Below are positions 37,459-39,908 of a stretch of DNA of 39,908 nucleotides, piece by piece; position 1 is the first letter of the stretch; each line of letters starts with the position of its first letter. The stretch is taken from the IMG/VR virus record IMGVR_UViG_3300038673_000134, positions 1-39,908 of that record; one strand, given 5' to 3'. A model generated the notes under the pieces. The model saw only the letters and a list, made by a program, of their open reading frames with translations. It did not search any database and was not told the DNA's origin. The stretch is from a virus (Duplodnaviria; Caudoviricetes). A program made the position numbers and the translations under genes.

Positions 37459-37511
37459 TCCAAGTTTTACTCTTGACATTTGCAGCTGTAAATGCTACCG
37501 TAAAACTTGGA
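37459..37511. mobile_element. IS30-type abutted IR-IR junction (putative attP of phage circle) with junction promoter
   Basis: tccaagttttactcttgacatttgCA-gc-TGtaaatgctaccgtaaaacttgga; 26/25-bp imperfect IRs, 2-bp spacer; TTGACA-17-TACCGT with extended TG. Confidence 0.8.
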
Positions 37512-37564
37512 AACCACGAAGTGGTTCTCCAGGTTTTATTTTTCCCCGAAAGGAGGAGGTACGC

Positions 37565-37810
37565 ATGGCACGGCTGACCCTGAAAGACCGCAAGCAGCTC
37601 AAAAAGATGTACGACGCAGACGAGCGCACGATTGTGATGGCCGTTAAGCTGGGCTGCTCTACCACCGCCATTTATGACGAGCTGAAGCGCGGCTACGCCG
37701 GCACGGATGAGCTTGAACGGCCGGTCTACGACCCCGACCTTGCGCAGCGCAAGGTGAACGCCAATGTGAAGCGCTGCGGCGGCAAGAACCGCCGGAGGAC
37801 GCCGGTATGA
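37565..37810 (+). CDS. stand-alone IS30-type HTH protein (81 aa)
   Basis: RBS AGGAGGAGG; LTLKDR...KLGCS..AIYDELKRG..Y....AQ, paralogous to the N-terminus of 37015. Confidence 0.75.
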   Translation: MARLTLKDRKQLKKMYDADERTIVMAVKLGCSTTAIYDELKRGYAGTDELERPVYDPDLAQRKVNANVKRCGGKNRRRTPV

Positions 37811-38475
37811 GAGACGAGGAACTGCTTCAGCTCTATCACCGGCAGCGAAGCACCAGACTACAGCGCCGGAGGCGGCGCAGCAGAAAGCTATTGATTCTGT
37901 CCTTTGTTCTTCTCCTGGCGGCCCTGATCCTGGCTGTCTACGTCCGCGCAGACGCCGAAAAGCAAATGGCCGACAAGTTAGAAAAGGCAGCAGCGCCAAC
38001 GGTTCCAGTCACACAGGCGCTTGTGCTGCCGGAAGCGGATCAAGTAAACGCCGCCTATGACACCAAGGCGGCGGAGCCGGTTACATACGAGCTTCCCTCC
38101 CCTGTTGAGGTGATCTCCAAGGCCGTCTACGGCGAGGCGCGTGGCTGTTCCATAACGGAGCAGGCAGCCGTCGTCTGGTGCATCTGCAACCGCGTGGACG
38201 CCGGCTACGGCGACCTGGTGGAAGTCACCACCGCGCCGCACCAGTTCCACGGCTACGACGAGGACAACCCCGTGACGCCGGAGATCAAAGCCCTGGTACA
38301 GGACGTTCTAATCCGCTGGCGCATGGAAGAAAGCTGCATCGGCAACGTGGGCCGTGTGCTCCCGAAAGAATACCTGTTCTTTTCCGGCGACGGCCGGCGC
38401 AACTACTTCCGGACCGAATGGAACGGCGGGAGCACCTGGGACTGGTCCCTTGCAAGCCCGTATGAGGAGGGATAG
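37807..38475 (+). CDS. membrane-anchored SleB/Hydrolase_2-like cell wall hydrolase
   Basis: TM helix after Arg-rich start; VYGEARG, VVWCICNRV, QFHGY, YLFFSGDG..NYF. Confidence 0.75.
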   Translation: MRDEELLQLYHRQRSTRLQRRRRRSRKLLILSFVLLLAALILAVYVRADAEKQMADKLEKAAAPTVPVTQALVLPEADQVNAAYDTKAAEPVTYELPSPVEVISKAVYGEARGCSITEQAAVVWCICNRVDAGYGDLVEVTTAPHQFHGYDEDNPVTPEIKALVQDVLIRWRMEESCIGNVGRVLPKEYLFFSGDGRRNYFRTEWNGGSTWDWSLASPYEEG

Positions 38476-38477
38476 GC

Positions 38478-38921
38478 GTGGGATTAAAGGCCGTCCCCCT
38501 TGAGCGTCCGGATGCAAACGCATTTGTTGACCGCCTGCACCGCCACCATAGCAGCCGCATCGGAGACAAGTTTCGCATCGGTTGTGCTTGCGGCGACAAG
38601 CTCGTAGGCGTTGTCCAAGTCGGGCGTCCTGTTGCAAGGGCGCTATGCGACGGGAAAACGCTTGAAGTTCTTAGACTATGCACGGACGGGACGCCTCACG
38701 CCTGTTCCTTCCTCTATGGTGCCGCCGCACGCGTTACGCGGGAGTTGGGCTACCAGAAAATCATCACCTACATTTTGCGTGACGAGCCTGGGACAAGCCT
38801 TGTGGCGTCTGGATGACATAAAGAGGCAGACATCCGAGGGAAATCATGGGATTGCCCCAGTAGGCCAAGAAACACCACTTCCCCCACCTGCGATAAGCAG
38901 CGATGGGCAAAAGACCTGTGA
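38478..38921 (+). pseudogene. XF1762-like (GNAT-like fold) protein interrupted by TGA at 38814-38816
   Basis: HRHH, VGRPVAR, LEVLRLCTDG, CSFLYGA, ITYIL..E.GTSL.ASG* then in-frame SW.CPSRPR...K.RW to TGA 38919. Confidence 0.7.
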
Positions 38922-38933
38922 AGGAGGCAGGGC

Positions 38934-39659
38934 ATGAACCATTTACAGGAAAAGCGGCTGGCGCTGGAACTGACACAGCCGCAGGTTTCGGCAAGGCTCA
39001 AAGAGGTTGAGCCGAGGGCCGACGTGGGCATGGTCTCCCGCTATGAAAAGGGCGTGTGCCTGCCGACCGGCCCGCAGCTCTCCGTTCTGGAGGAGCTTTA
39101 CGGCGCTGCCAGAACGGAGTTGTACGACGCGGAGGACCTGGACCTGTCACAGCCTGACGTCGTAAGGCTGCTGCGGCCCCGCTGCCCTATCATGGACGTT
39201 TCTCTTTACTCAAAGATTGAGAACGGCCATTGTTTACCCAACAAAGAGACCATGAAAGCCCTGGAGGCCGCCTTGCAAGCCCCTGTGTCGGTTTTGTTTG
39301 AGCCGGACGAGCTGGCGGCCCTCCCGGACGACGAGGGCCAGGAAAAGGCACTATGCGTCAATCCCTACTATGCCATGCTGGCAACCGCGATCCCCTACGG
39401 CCGGCGGAACGCCATCACCCGGCAGGCGCTGGCCGCAAAGCTGGGCATGAATGACCGCGCAGCACGCAAAGCAATCGAGGAGGCCAGAGCGGCCGGCCTG
39501 CTGATTATGTGCGAACAGAACGGCAGGGGCTACTACCAGAGCGACGACCCCGTTGAAATGCGCTGCCAGTACCAGCAGGACACCAACCGGGCAATGAGTA
39601 TTCTGAAACGACGCAAGCCGCTGCGAGACGCCTTAAAGGCCGCCGGGCAGCGCGTATAA
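38934..39659 (+). CDS. multi-HTH regulator (two XRE-like HTH + winged HTH)
   Basis: LTQPQVS..VSRYEKG.CLP; LSQPDVV..YSKIENG.CLP; AITRQALAAKLGMNDR..R..IE...GYY. Confidence 0.7.
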   Translation: MNHLQEKRLALELTQPQVSARLKEVEPRADVGMVSRYEKGVCLPTGPQLSVLEELYGAARTELYDAEDLDLSQPDVVRLLRPRCPIMDVSLYSKIENGHCLPNKETMKALEAALQAPVSVLFEPDELAALPDDEGQEKALCVNPYYAMLATAIPYGRRNAITRQALAAKLGMNDRAARKAIEEARAAGLLIMCEQNGRGYYQSDDPVEMRCQYQQDTNRAMSILKRRKPLRDALKAAGQRV

Positions 39660-39683
39660 ATCAATTTTAGGAGGACAAGCATC

Positions 39684-39908
39684 ATGGACGAGAAACAGGA
39701 AATGACCCCGCAGCAGCACGAAATGGCCCTTTATGAGGGCGCTGTTCAGCGCTTCGGCAGTATGGCGCAGATCGACCAGGCCATTGAGGAAATGGCAGAG
39801 CTGACCGTAGCCCTGAACAAGTACAAGCGCTTTATCCGCTTCCGCCAGGGTGACGAGGAAACCGTTCGGCAGCGCGTGGCAGAGGAGCGGGCCGACGTCA
39901 GTATCATG
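39684..39908 (+). CDS. MazG-like protein, 3'-truncated by window end
   Basis: RBS AGGAGG; MDEKQ..MALYE..QIDQAIEEMAELTVALNKYKR..EERADVSIM. Confidence 0.65.
   Translation, partial: MDEKQEMTPQQHEMALYEGAVQRFGSMAQIDQAIEEMAELTVALNKYKRFIRFRQGDEETVRQRVAEERADVSIM
39768..39830 (+). repeat. 63-bp direct repeat, copy 2 (copy 1 at 58-120)
   Basis: 61/63 identity with 58-120. Confidence 0.9.

Noticed and set aside
58-39830. 63-bp end repeats as attL/attR or terminal repeats
   Set aside because: They are internal to paralogous coding sequences with synonymous differences and continued protein similarity in diverged flanks.
1-39908. Stop-codon reassignment suggested by two in-frame stops at Trp positions
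   Set aside because: They are different codons (TAG, TGA) and both serve as ordinary stops in many coupled genes; long genes are not fragmented.

Overview
An apparently near-complete ~40 kb, high-GC, short-tailed (podovirus-type) temperate phage genome, probably infecting a Gram-positive Clostridia-type host (inferred from the SLH-like endolysin tail, Prp protease and strong AGGAGG RBSs). Almost all genes are on +. Order: early/recombination-replication genes (MazG-like, YqaJ, RecT, replication initiator with internal iterons, DUF1064, Lar-like, VRR-NUC); TerS/TerL, portal, Prp-like protease, scaffold and N4-gp56-type capsid; a tail-fibre gene diversified by a diversity-generating retroelement (VR/TR pair with 12/12 adenine-specific differences, RT with YMDN motif, no avd gene); adaptor/nozzle/ejection genes; a 4177-aa DarB-like polyvalent protein that hides a nested alternative-frame gene with its own RBS and candidate promoter; a minus-strand membrane moron; and a lysis cassette. 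No tyrosine/serine integrase is visible. Instead there is an internally deleted IS30-family transposase followed by a head-to-head IS30-type IR-IR junction (2-bp spacer) that builds a TTGACA/TGnTACCGT promoter facing the early operon, suggesting the whole phage is an IS30-mobilised circle whose excision switches on early transcription. A conserved TGGGCGA-N16-TGnTAyGCT motif precedes the three late operons. All family assignments are from motif recognition by eye; no database search was run.
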